Both the position numbers and the translations under genes were made by a program. Shown piece after piece: positions 1 to 11,820 of a stretch of DNA of 64,000 nt. The DNA is taken from NCBI GenBank assembly GCA_028534125.1, contig CM052817.1:56050001-56114000 (forward strand). Reading direction: 5' to 3'. The stretch comes from Lama glama. Lineage: Eukaryota. Positions within the stretch are counted from its first letter, which is position 1, and every line of letters begins with the position of its first letter. The notes beneath the pieces are model-generated. The model ran no database searches and was not told the DNA's origin. It saw nothing but the letters and a program-made list of their open reading frames with translations.

Positions 1-462
1 GGATCGTGGGTTTGGGAGACAATTTCTTAGACGGGAAGTAGAAATTATGAAACATAAAACAGGTAAATCAAAATTCGCTAACATGAAAAATAAAGTTTCT
101 TTCTTAAAAGGCAATCAAATAAGAAAAAAAAACACAAATTGGGAGAAAATATTGGCCAAACTTACAGATAATAAATTACTCTTTCTTGGTATATAAAGAA
201 GTGTCACAACACTAACAGTAGATAAACAACCTAACAAAAAAATGGAAATATATAATTGTATGCACATCTTACCCAAGATAAACAAAAAGCCAATAAGCAT
301 GTGATGCTTAACATCATTTGTTACTAGGAACATACAAATTAAAACCATGCTGTTACTTCTTCATATCTACTTTTAGTGAATACAAAACCAAACCAAATCA
401 AAACAGAGACAATACCAAACAAATATCAGCCATGATTTGGAGCTACTAGAACACATACATTT

Positions 463-659
463 ATTATTTTTTAAAAATTGAATAAATTTGACATTTAATT
501 TCATGTAAGTTTAAGATGTACAGTGTGTTATTTATACACTGTAATAAGATTGCTGATGTAGCAATATTTATCACATTACATAATTATACCACAATATTAT
601 TGTTTATATTCATTATATTGTGCATGAGATCTCTAGTGCTTATTTACTACTTATTTCTT
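463..659 (-). mobile_element. L1 3' end fragment (L1MA9-like) nested in the older L1
   Basis: T-rich tail followed by tgtaagtttaagatgtacagtgtgtt; flanked by atacattt at 455-462 and 660-667; the host L1 resumes after it. Confidence 0.7.
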
Positions 660-1049
660 ATACATTTCTGATGAGACTTCAAAATGGTACAGCTAGTTTG
701 GAAAACAGTCTGGCAATTTGTTAAAATTAGAAATAATTCCATCCAGCAGTCTCAAAGTCCTTTTAACAGGAAGGAAAACATGATCACACAAAAATCTGAA
801 TTTCATTGTTTATAGCAGCTTTATTCATACTAGACAAAAACTGGAATAGCCAAATGTCCACCAACTTGTCAGCAGATAATTGCCTTTAATAGAATGTAAC
901 TTGTCAATAAAAAGGAACAAGCTACTGATATATGTATCAACTTGAAATAATCTCAAATGCTGAACATACAAAATTACATACTTTGTGATTCTATTTTATG
1001 ATTTTTTAAATGATAAAACTATAATGAAAAATAGCAGAACTGTGGATTA

Positions 1050-1259
1050 GTATAACTGTGGATGGCTTCTGTTTTTAATTCTGTGGATTGTGTTTAAACA
1101 ATTCAAAAGTATGTTCCTAATTTTGAGATACTGAGTGGTATTGCACAGTTGTCACTTTACTGAACGTGTACAACAGTCCCATGAAGTCTATAAGGCTTAC
1201 CCTTGTATAGCTTCCAGTGCTAGAATTAAAATTGATCTGTTATCACAAAGAAAAAAAAA
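1050..1259 (+). pseudogene. Probable 5'-truncated processed retrocopy of an mRNA 3' UTR (parent not identified)
   Basis: About 210 bp of non-L1 sequence interrupting the L1 3' UTR; ATTAAA at 1225-1230, then an A-tract at 1247-1259. Confidence 0.55.
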
Positions 1260-1635
1260 GGATCTAAAGATATACAGATAAAAATGCCTGTAAATGAGCA
1301 TGAGGAAACCTCATGGGGTAAAAAAGACATTCTACATCATGAATGTCATGATGTTTATACAACTGTATACATTTATCAAAACTCATTTATTATATACTTG
1401 AAATTTGTAACTTTTGCTATATATAAAATTATGCCTCATTATTCCTGATTAAAACAAATAAGGGTAAGGATGATTATTGCTCATAGCTAACTAAAAACAA
1501 TGTCACAAGAGGTTGGTTAAGATAAGTTCAACTTCCTACAGGGACTTGAATTTTTGGGAAGGTCGAAGTCACAGCGACAAGGAACAAAACCCAAGAATAG
1601 CTTCTCCTTTATGAATCAGTGACAGACATATTAAT

Positions 1636-1640
<5 letters not shown>

Positions 1641-1666
<26 letters not shown>
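1641..1666. repeat. (TA)13 microsatellite
   Basis: Direct reading. Confidence 0.95.
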
Positions 1667-1672
<6 letters not shown>

Positions 1673-2019
1673 ACATACAAAGAAAGATAAATACAAACTA
1701 TTTTGAGTTTAAACAGAGATTTTTAAAAATTTGTCTAGTGTGATGTTTAAATAACTGGTGTTTATAAAATAACGGGGATAGGGAAATTTCTAGCCTAAGA
1801 AACTGTTGCTAAGAAGTTGTTTCAATACAAAAGAAAACTTCTAAAGTTTAAGAGGATATCACCAAAGCATAAGCCATTTCCTATAATTTTTAATCATATA
1901 TCCTACTCTATTCTGAGTAATGACAGCATATTTTCAATTACACTTCTGGTAGGGCTTCCTGTGACAATGCAATTAGAATATGGATATTCTACAAGATACT
2001 TGTAAAAATATTGTCATGG

Positions 2020-2190
2020 CATAGGAAAGTGAAGAAAATGTCAAGAAAAAGGAGGCAGGTGAGAAGAGAAGAGAGACAGAGAAGAAATATAGAAATAAAA
2101 AAAAAGAACAAGAAGAAGAGGAAAGAGGAAGGCAAGAGGAAGATGAGAATGAAGAGAAATACTAAATCAAAAGTGAATGGAGTGGGGAAT
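2020..2190. repeat. GA-rich low-complexity purine tract
   Basis: Nearly all A/G; produces the spurious K/R-rich and F/L-rich ORFs at 1989-2282. Confidence 0.85.
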
Positions 2191-2289
2191 AAACAATACA
2201 TTTTGCGACCATAACTGGTTACAAATGCTGAAACCCTAACTCCAGCTGCAGAGTGTTGAGTGGCCTTCCACTGGCTGTCCATATAAAAC

Positions 2290-3520
2290 TAGGAATCTAA
2301 AGCAACATCACATACCTAAGAACAGCAGTAAAGACAAGAAAGAAGCAGAGGTTTCAGTCCTCCCACAACTTACTGAGCTCACTTGTTTGGCCTCTGCAGA
2401 AACTAGACAGCTTTGGTGAATGGCAATCAATTATCAAAATGAGTGGTCACTCCTATTTCAGATTTTGTCTATTTTAGGGAGCAAATCGACATAGCCCTAA
2501 CACATGGTATGCAACTAATGAGCTGGCAATGGTTCTTCCTCTATGTCATCTAGCATAGACCACCAAAAGCACTTTGGGTGGACAGCAGAAACATGTCATT
2601 GTCTTATTCAAGGCCATGTCAATTCTTCCTCTGTCCCCATACAGACTGGAGTGAATATGATGGTTTTATTATCTCACAGGACATCTTGGCTTTATGGATG
2701 GCCTCATGCTAAATGAATCTACAGGGGAGGAGGCAGTAAAAAGCCTTCACATAACACTTACATATCAGAAAATGGAAAAAACTTCAGCAGATTCAGAGAC
2801 TTCCACCTCAGTAGAGTTTCTATGGAGCCAGTGGTCTAGGTCATATTAAGATATTCCCTCATATTGAAAATTACAGTAGAGCTTACAGAACTTAGTAAAC
2901 TTACTTAAATCATTAAATATACCCTCCAAAAGGATGAACTTATGATATATAAATTAGACCACAATGAAGTTTAAAAAACATATTCCCTCAGAGCAAAAGG
3001 TGAACATTCTGACACATTAAGGAAGAGTCGCTATACTTAATGAGCCTCTATGGAATTCATAGGAACTGTCATTTTAATGTGCTATGTTAGGGTTACGGTT
3101 GGCTACCAGTTTGGGGTGAGGCTCAGAATGAGAGACAATCCTGAAACAGATTCAAAACCCAGTGCAAAAAATTCTACCCTTCAGGCCCATGACCTTGAAG
3201 ATACAAGTGTCTGTAGTAGACAGTGGTTGTAACAGAGAATCTACACTAATGTCAAGAAGAGGATCACAGAACAGAGCCTCATGGCATTCTTCTTGAGACA
3301 GCTATTCTTTTGGAAAGCAGGCCAGACATGCTGATGTGCTCTTGTGAAAACTGAACACTTGACCATGGAACCCAAAATGACCATGATGAATGAACTGTCC
3401 TCTATGAACTGGGGGGTAGCTGAATCATCAGGCTGCGTGAGAGCACTTCCTGACTGAGGAATACTTTAGCATATTTCATACATGTATGACTGACTTTGAA
3501 TAGATCTTGAAGACAGAAGT
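2290..3520 (+). mobile_element. Decayed ERVL (class III endogenous retrovirus) pol remnant: reverse transcriptase and downstream region
   Basis: Fragments translate to LVWPLQKLDS (2382), EQIDIA/TWYATNELA (~2480-2528) and ALVKTEHLTMEPKMTMMNELSSMNW (~3338-3413). These match recalled ERVL pol PIWPVQKTDG, EQINTSPGTWYAAIDLA and ALVETERLTMGHQVTMRPELPIMNW. Many stops and frameshifts. Confidence 0.88.
2862..2979 (+). mobile_element. Short L1M 3' end inserted in the ERVL remnant
   Basis: L1 terminus (aaggatgaacttatgatatataaattagaccacaatgaag + A-tract) flanked by the perfect 11-bp duplication atattccctca at 2851-2861 and 2980-2990. Confidence 0.8.
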
Positions 3521-4194
3521 TCCCTACTTAGAACTTTTAGACTCTCACGCCACTGGCATTGTCACTTCTTCCTTTATTGCTAAGAATATTTGCTAAGAAT
3601 ATTTATGCTATACTCCATCAACAAGGACAACAGCCTCAGTGGTTCATGATAATGAATGTAAATAACAAGAAATAAGATGGTAGAATTAAGACAAGTATAT
3701 CATTAATCAAAGAGAGGTAAATGATGTAAATTCACTGTCTCAGAAACAGATTTTTATACTAGATATAAACTAATAAATAAAATCAGATAAATCCTTTTCA
3801 AAAATTGTATACTACAAATAAAAAGCATAGGGAAATTAAAAGAAAAAGAAATGAAAATAAATTTTAAAAATTATTATTAAATCTACCACCAGGCTAATAA
3901 TCATAATAATAAAATAATAATATTGGGTAGCTCTATTAGCACTGGACAAAGTAAATAAGTTTTAAATGTTATGAAGGATGAGGAAAACCAGGGTATAATG
4001 ATAAAATCTCAGTTTTCCAGGAAATTTTAAATATTCTAAACTGTTATTTTTAATTATATAACCTAAAAATAAATAATGTAATAACTTACAAAAATGCATG
4101 AGGGAATTGACAATTTTCAATCATATTTTCAGATTATATATGAATATATATAATATATATATAATATGTAAATTATATATATATATAAAATATA

Positions 4195-4655
4195 AATAAT
4201 GTAAACTCACTCCATGAAGGTGGGGTCTTCGTCTCTCTGCTGACTATCAAATTCTCATTCATTTTAGTCTGTTCAGGCTGCTCTAACCAAATACCACAGA
4301 CTAGGTAGCTTACCAACAACAGAAATTAATTTCTCACAATTCTGGAGCCTGGGCTGCAAAGGAAAAGGGGCTGGCATGAAGGTTCTGGTGAAGGTCTATG
4401 TCCTCCTCCCTATGTCTTCAGGTGATGGAAGGAAAGATGGATCTCTGTGGGGTGTGGGGTTTCCCTTATAAGAACATTTATCTCATTTCATAAAGACTCC
4501 ATCCTTGTGGCCTAATCACCTCCCAAATACAGCACAAGCTAATAACCTCATCTTTGAAGTTTAGGATTTCAACATATGAATTTTGGGAGAACCATTCTGA
4601 CTACAGCATCATTTAATACCAAGTAGGGCCTTAATAAATATCAGCTGAATAAATT
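4195..4655 (+). mobile_element. L2 3' end, split by an MLT1 LTR
   Basis: aatgtaaactcactccatgaaggtgggg on the left and agtagggccttaataaatatcagctgaataaat on the right resemble the L2 terminus. Confidence 0.6.
4260..4608 (-). mobile_element. MLT1A-like (ERVL-MaLR) solo LTR
   Basis: ttagtctgttcaggctgctctaaccaaataccacagact...ttaggatttcaacatatgaattttggg...tacagca; 5-bp duplication tcatt at 4255-4259 and 4609-4613. Confidence 0.9.
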
Positions 4656-5540
4656 ATTGATGTATTCAATAGTCAAAAATATTATAAAGCATAAAATATA
4701 AAAAATAAACTTGATTTAATAGACATATGAGGATTCCTGCATCCCATGATAAGAGAGTAAAGTCTTCGCTGGTAAAATAGGATATTTACAAAAGTTAGCC
4801 ATTAAACATATCTGAAAGAGATTTTCAAAATTAGCATCACACAGACCCCATGCACTGAAAAACATTAATTTAAAAAATAAATGACAAGAGATACATTTGA
4901 AAAATAAGGAAAAGAAACAACAGAATGAATGATAGAAAATTAGAAAAATGAAAAAACAAAAATATGAATTAATATACTAGAAAAAAGATTAAATTGATGC
5001 AGATTATCAACAGAAACAACACTTGCTTCTTTGAGAATCCTAAAAAAGAGAAATTAAAAGGAAAGGTACAAATAAAAATGATTAGAAATGAAAAATGAAA
5101 TTAATTTAAAAAGAACATTTAGAATAGAATTCCAAGAATACTCTAGACATGCATTTGAGAATTTAAAAGAAATGGAAAAGTTCTAAAGAAATATGACTCA
5201 CTGAGACTTATTTGAGAAGAAATTTCAGAATATTCTCAGCAGTTTAAAAAATAAAAGTGCCAATAATTAAAAACTTAATTCAAAGCCAAAAAGATTAAAA
5301 TAAAAAAACCCCAAACTTTTTAAAATAGAATTCTGTTAAACTTTCAAGAAACTTATCATTCCATGACACACAAAATTTTAGTAAACAGAAAGAAGGAAGA
5401 CTCACCCACTTATTTTAGGGTAAGGCCACCATGACAAAATTGCAATAATCCTAAATGAAATATTAGAAACCAAATCCCACAATATATCAAACTTCTTATA
5501 CATTATGATCAAGTTTGATTCATTTTAAGAACTCAGAGTT

Positions 5541-6520
5541 ACACAGCTTATACATCTTAATAAGAAAAAAAGCAAACAACCCAATCCAAAAATGTGCAGA
5601 AGACCTAAACAAGCAATTCTCCAATGAAGACAGACAAATGAGCAATAGGCACAGGAAAAAAATGTTAAATACCACTAATTATAAGAGAAATGCAAATCAA
5701 ATTTACAATGAGGTATCACCTCACACCCATCAAATGGCCATCATTCAAAAGTCCACAAATGCTAAATGCTGGACAGGCTGTGGAAAAAAGGGAAGCCTCC
5801 CACACTGTTGGTGGGAATATAGTTTGGGATGGCTGTTACAGAAAACAGTATGGAGATTCCTCAAAGGACTAAAAATAGACTTACCATATGATCCAGTAAT
5901 CCCACTCCTGGGCATATATCCAGAGGGAACCTTACTTCAAAAAGATATATGCACCCCAATATTCATAGCAGCACTATTTACAATAGCCAAGACATGGAAA
6001 CAACCCAAATATCCATCAACAGATAACTGGATAAAGAAGCTGTGGTGTCTTTATACAATGGAATACTACTCAGCCATAAAATAGAATAAAATACTGCCAT
6101 TTGCAGCAACATGGACCAAGAGATCATCATTCTAAGTGAAATGAACCAGAAAGAGAAAGAAAAATATCATATGGTATCACTTATATGTGGAATCTAAAAA
6201 AAAGACAAATAAACTTGTTTACAAAACAGAAACAGATTCACAGATGTAGAAAACAAACTTATGATTACCAGGAGGGGAAGGGAGTAGAGAGGGATAAATT
6301 GGGAGTTAGAGATTTGCACATACTAACTAATATATATAAAATAGATAAACAAGTTCATACCATAGATCATGGGGAACTATATTCAATATCTTATAGTAAC
6401 TTATGGTGAAAAAGAATATAAAAATGAATATATGTATGTCCATGTATGACTGAAGCATTATGCTGTACATCAGAAATTGACACAACATTGTAAACTGACT
6501 ATACTTCAATAAAAAATATT
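5541..6520 (+). mobile_element. Lineage-specific 5'-truncated L1 (ORF2 C-terminus and 3' UTR; camelid-like)
   Basis: ORF 5515-6084 contains HCWWEY...VWRFLK...[14 protein letters not shown]...CTPIFIAALFTIAKTWKQPKYPS; the second frame has MQIKFTMRYHLTP, so it is frameshifted; AATAAA at 6508-6513. Confidence 0.95.
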
Positions 6521-8304
6521 TTTATAATCACAAAAAATATTTTATACAGTCACAAATAGAAAATATAACAAAAATATAGTATTTGCAAAAAAAATATACA
6601 CAGCATTTATAACAGTATATATATAATATATACTATATAATGTCTATCTATATAGTATATAATGTTCTAAGCAAATTATATATAATTTTCTTGCAAGAAA
6701 AATAAAATACATACAAAATATTAAACATTTTGAAACTTTTTTGGAAGACCTAAATGAATGAAGAGATAATGTTCGTGAATAGTTCAGTTCTTCCCAAATT
6801 TATCAGCAAGACTTTTCATGGAATTTAACAATCTGCCTCTAAAATTTAAATGCATGGCAAAATAACCAACACAGGCAGCAAAATCACAGATTGTACAGAA
6901 CAAGAAATGTATTATAAACTTTAGGAGGACTTATGCTGGCTGCATTTCCTGCTCTCCTTAATGTGATTTGTAGAATCAGGGAAGAAAATATAAAGGGTAA
7001 GAGCCATGATGCAGAAGTTGGCTCATAAAATGTGGCTTTCAAAGCAATGTAAAAGTGAAACCAGTCCAATCTGAGATTCACAGCTAACCTAAACAGTTTT
7101 TGTTCTTTGGCGGTTTAGAGGATGCTCATCATTTAAATGTAAATATATTTAATGTAAAAAATACCAGCATATGTTGAAACAAGAAACAGAACAGTGCAAA
7201 TGTTTTACAGCCAAAATTTGCACCTCTAGATCAGAATCACTGTCAGGTCTGAATTTTTTTCTAAATTACATTTCTTATACTAAATAACGCCTCATTTACA
7301 AAATGTTTTTTGTTTGCTAAATACTTATGGGAAATATATGTTTTACGCATTGTTGATAGAAGGAGAAAAATTACATTACCTGACTGAAAACAGTCCCTAT
7401 AGTTTAGTAAGAAATGTGGGGTTTTAATTATTATTTTACTTTGTTTCCACTTTTTGATCTTAATATCATGATAGCTAAAAATCCCTTTTTTAGGAGAAAA
7501 CAACCAAAAAAACTTAAGAATTTCACAGATAATTGCTAATTGAATGTACACTAACAACACATACATATTATATACCAAAATACATATAAATATAAAACAC
7601 CCCTATATTTTATGTGAAATTCTAGATACTTTTATCAGTGTGTTTCATATTAAACATACTAAGATTAAAAAGCCAATTCATTTTTGGGATACATATCCAC
7701 TAGTAAAAGTGAAAACTTTCATTTAAAAGGTCCTAATAAATTCCACTTTAAGAGTACATTTATGGGAACAGCTACCTACTAAGCTATATTGTTCCTTCAG
7801 ATCCTGCCTTCCTTTTCTGTGATTAATACGATGTCCCCTGACTATCATAAAGTAACTCACTTTTTTATATTTAGAAAGGATGTTTTCAGCAGGTATATCC
7901 ACGTTACACACAACACTTCAAATTTTAGGTCTCATTTGATTATTTGCTATTACACTACAGTCATTTTGATATGCCCATTAGATGTTCATCTGAGCTCGCT
8001 GTGACAAACAAAAGCACAAAATAATGAGAGCCACCTGTTTTTCCTGATACATGGGCATGTATGTGTGTGTATATTTCTTTGCCATGAGATAGTTAATAAT
8101 GTCCCACTTTGGAAAAGAAATATCCAAGATCAATTAATATGATATTTGACTAAATTCTTCTGTTAGATGATCTAAGCCTTATTACAGATTTCAGATGAGT
8201 CAGTCATCAGCCATTTTTAAATTCTTCCCAGGCCAAATGATCTGATGATATAATTATAAAGTCATAATTGATGATATAGTGTGTATGCCTTTAAATTTGG
8301 TGAT

Positions 8305-8575
8305 GAGACTGGAACTTCATATGCAATTAAATTAATCTAGACACAGACCTTACACCTTTCACAAAAATCAACTCAAAATGGGTCATAGATCTAAGTGTAA
8401 AATGCCAACTATAAAATTTCTAGAAGACATCATAGAAAGAAATCTAAGTAACATTAGTCTTGGAAATGACTTTTTAGTACAACAGCACAGTCTGTAAAAA
8501 GGAAAATTGATAAGTTGGACTTCATTTAAATTAAATATTTTTGTTTTTTCAAAAGACACTAATGAATAAAAATTC
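8305..8575 (+). mobile_element. L1M ORF2 fragment
   Basis: gaccttacacctttcacaaaaatcaactcaaaatgggtcatagatctaagtgtaaaa and ataagttggacttcatt. Confidence 0.85.
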
Positions 8576-9769
8576 AATATGAAGGTTTTGGCACCCAGGT
8601 TTGGACTGTAAATATACTAGACCCTAATCTACAATAAGGGACTTACTTACTCTATTATGACATCCATACAAAAAAGTTTATCTGCTTGATTCACAAAATA
8701 GAGTGGATCCGAATTTCTGTTTTGAATACTTTTTATTGTTCATAGTCTTCTACTAGATAACCCAGGTTCTTTGACTCTTGTACATTCCTCATAACTTTTT
8801 CCTACCATCATAGAAAATTTTAGAGAATTAATTGAACACATTTCCCCCTCATTTTTTATTTTGCAGATTGATATTTGAGTAAGTTTCTGAAACTCTAGAC
8901 TTTATATTTCTCACTCCAAATAACTGATCTAATGTGTCCTCTGAACAACATGGGATTATTATGTGTGGGTGAATGTAACTGATTTCTCAATGGTACTAAT
9001 CTCCACATCTATTATACATACAACTTACAGTACCCAATCTGTAGATAAATATTGACAATAAATATCAGTTAAGGACCTGGAATTTTGTAAATATCAAATA
9101 TTTGATGTTACATGGAGTATAAAAACAAGGGAACAATAACCTGTATATGTATAAAAATTTTAAACTTAAAATTCATTGAGATGTCCAGTTAATACATAAG
9201 ATGCAAAATTATTAATTATGTTAGATAATTTTCTGTTTATTCAGTATGATCCAACTAGAAATCAGGAGCATGTGAAAAACAGGTGAAACAGTTTTAATTA
9301 GTTGTCTCAGTTACTGGAGATGATCCTTTTACATTTCTGACATTCAAAAATTAAAATGCGATTGTCTCTTTTCAAAGCACAAGAGATGTAAGGCTTTTAA
9401 TAATATTGTTAAATTATTACCTTTACGATTATTTAATCTACAACTTTTTGCTGCCCAACATTTACTGATTTCCTTTTTGTACATTCATGTTTGATTGTTC
9501 GTTTGCTAAGCAGAACTCAGAAGGGGAAAGGTTTTCTGCCTCTTCTGAGTAAGGCTTTCACAGTGTTTTAAGTGACCAAATACTTTTCATATTTATTGTA
9601 TACACATTTAAGATATAATATGATCACATTAAGGAATGATATTTGATTACCTTTTTTCCTGGACTTGAACACACACACACAAACTTTTCTTTTCCTTAAA
9701 TGAAATCATGTCAAATGACTTTGAAAAACAAACCTGATTTAACTAACCCTGAATTTGAATGTGATCTCA

Positions 9770-10085
9770 AATATTTATTAAGCCATCATTTATTGAGTAT
9801 ATACTTTGTGTGAAATGTAAAAAGTCTCTCAGGATATTAAAGTGAATAATATATAATCTCTGCTCTCAAGGAAAGTCTAGTAGAGAGGACAAACATGCTG
9901 AGAAGATATTACAATAACCTCTAATGGTATACTGCTATAGTGTAGTTACATTATAATAACCCTGGGAACCTTTTAAGAGATTTGACTGTACTTTGGACAA
10001 TTCTTCACCAAGGAATTTGTGCTTGTATTATTTATGTAATGTGAGCAGATATTAATCAAAATAGAGTACATTTCCAAACAAAGAA
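9770..10085 (-). mobile_element. L2 fragment
   Basis: catttattgagtatatactttgtgt...tctctgctctcaaggaaagtctagt, the reverse of the L2 3' end. Confidence 0.65.
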
Positions 10086-10099
10086 TATATACTATCTAC

Positions 10100-10345
10100 C
10101 AATAACTGGATTCATACTTAGGTTCAGCTACCTCTTAGATGTAGCTCAGGAACCTTTTCCAGATTAAAAAACAGCTGTGTTCTTCAACACTATTATATCA
10201 AAAATAAGGATAACAGTAATTCTTACCTCATGTAAGACAACTACCATGTGTAGACAAGTTCCTGGCACATGATTAGCTCTCAGTAAATGTTGACTGCCTT
10301 ACTATTATTATTATTGTTATAATTATTATTGCTGTATTATTATTA
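10100..10345 (+). mobile_element. MIR
   Basis: aaaataaggataacagtaattcttacctca...cctggcacatgattagctctcagtaaatgtt followed by a (TAT)n tail. Confidence 0.75.
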
Positions 10346-10488
10346 AATGCAAAAGATACCATTTTGCTGCAGGTTGCAATTTCAGCTCTGCCTCAGTTCA
10401 GGTATTTTTTCAGACTTTGGAGAGCCCTATACAGGCAGCTCAGCCATCTTTCTACTAATTTTGTTGTATCTTTCTTTCCCTTTTCTAG

Positions 10489-10541
10489 TGTCAGGAATAT
10501 TCTGATTCTACATCCAATAATTTAATTTGTACTCTGTTTTG
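10489..10541 (+). other. Candidate 53-nt exon
   Basis: tactaat at 10453-10459, long pyrimidine tract ending tag, TTG|gtaagt donor. Confidence 0.3.
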
Positions 10542-10599
10542 GTAAGTTTTTCACTGATTATCCTTTTTTCCTGAGTCCTTGTTATAGTGAACCCAGATG

Positions 10600-10995
10600 T
10601 GACATGCCTTACACTAGACTCTGAGAAGACCAGGGTAAGCAAAAAGACACAGTATCTTTCTCCTCCTATAGAGCTTAGCATCTAGTTAATTGTATACTTA
10701 AACTTTGATAATATTAGAAAGAAATTTGAATAATATTATCACAGTCTATAATAGGTGAATATGACTTTATGATTTCAGGGAAAGCTCTGGTAGAAAGTTT
10801 TAGATGAGATCTGAAATATAATTCAGAGTTTATAAAGTGAAGGGGAGAGGGAGGATGAAGAGGTTAAGGATTTGAATGAATGTCAATGTGCCTGCAATGT
10901 GCAAACTAGGGGGAGCAAATTTTGAGATGGGGCTGAAGACGTTGGCCAGTTTCAGATCATGCATGGTCTTGTAAGCAATGTTGAGATCTTTAGAT
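10600..10995 (-). mobile_element. L2 fragment
   Basis: gagcttagcatctagt...gagatggggctgaagacgttggccagtttcagatcatgcatggtcttgtaagc. Confidence 0.65.
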
Positions 10996-11757
10996 TCTGT
11001 TTATTATTACTGTTTTTGTTTTCTTCTTAAAAAATTCTGAGTCCTGGGAAATCACTGAAATGGTGCACGTGTCTGTATGTGTCTGTGTGTGGGTATACTC
11101 ATGTGTTTCTGGGGTGGAATAAATGATAAAATTAAATTTAAGTTTTAAAAAAGTCAGTATCCAATTTGTACAAAATTTCAATACTTTCATGTTTCTTGTC
11201 AGATCTCTTCAGGAACATTAAAGGACTTCTTTCTGCTGATACTTCTCTTCGGCATTTTTTCACCCCTCTGAATGATTAGAGTGCTTGCAATTCCTAAGTG
11301 TTTTACCTGCATCTACCTGGAATACATACCTTCTCATACTGGGCATCAATGACATCTTCAAAGCCTATCCTTTAGTGTTTGCTATCATTCATTGTAGATA
11401 CCAGTTTCTGTTTTCTCACATTCCTCTCATGGCTTGGGTCCTGGCCCAAGTGAATTGGTCTAATTTTTGATGTTCATATTTCTTCTTTTTATCCAGCTAT
11501 CCCGCCACCAACTTAAATTCTTAGATACACTTTGGCATCTTGAAGAACCAATTAAATCTGAGCTCAAATTTTAAGTACAGATGCCCCTACTATAAAGGAT
11601 GTTTTCAATGTATATATGAAAATAGACATTTTAACCTACTTTGCTTTGTCTTTTTTAGTCATTTGCAAGCAGGAACTGGAACAAGAATAACTACTGGGAA
11701 TTAGCCTAAATTCATGGAAACGCTTAATTTTTCTGGATCTGATTTTTAACCCTAGGG

Positions 11758-11820
11758 CAGTGCTTTTGACAGCATATGGTTTAGATTTGGCTTAAGAGTG
11801 GAAGCATGCTGAAAGCACTG
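11758..11820. mobile_element. Miniature hAT-Charlie-like MITE remnant / inverted repeat
   Basis: Termini cagtgcttt and aaagcactg are reverse complements; cctaggg is duplicated at 11751-11757 and 11821-11827. Confidence 0.55.

Larger units (their letters stand above)
1..1455 (+). mobile_element. Old L1 (L1MB/MC/ME-type) ORF2 end and 3' UTR, interrupted by two insertions
   Basis: Degenerate L1 motifs: aaaatggtacagctagtttggaaaacagtctggca (~681), tttatagcagctttattcata (~810), aactgtatacatttatcaaaactcat...aaattatgcctca (~1361-1438). Confidence 0.85.
3640..5520 (+). mobile_element. Highly decayed old L1 ORF2 (5' half) fragments; continues at about 6700-6940
   Basis: A-rich strand with L1 ORF2-like phrases, e.g. 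ttgcttctttgagaa, aaactttcaagaa, atcctaaatgaaatattag, cattatgatcaagt. Confidence 0.7.

Noticed and set aside
1989..2282. Basic K/R-rich ORFs (also 18668-18938 and 36644-36931) as protamine-like proteins
   Set aside because: They are translations of purine or pyrimidine low-complexity tracts with no gene context.
3577..3604. 13-bp tandem duplication tgctaagaatatt
   Set aside because: Ordinary slippage duplication with no functional hint.
5515..6084. Longest ORF (189 aa) as a host gene
   Set aside because: It is a frameshifted L1 ORF2 C-terminus; the last Cys of the CCHC-like motif is replaced (HCWWEY).
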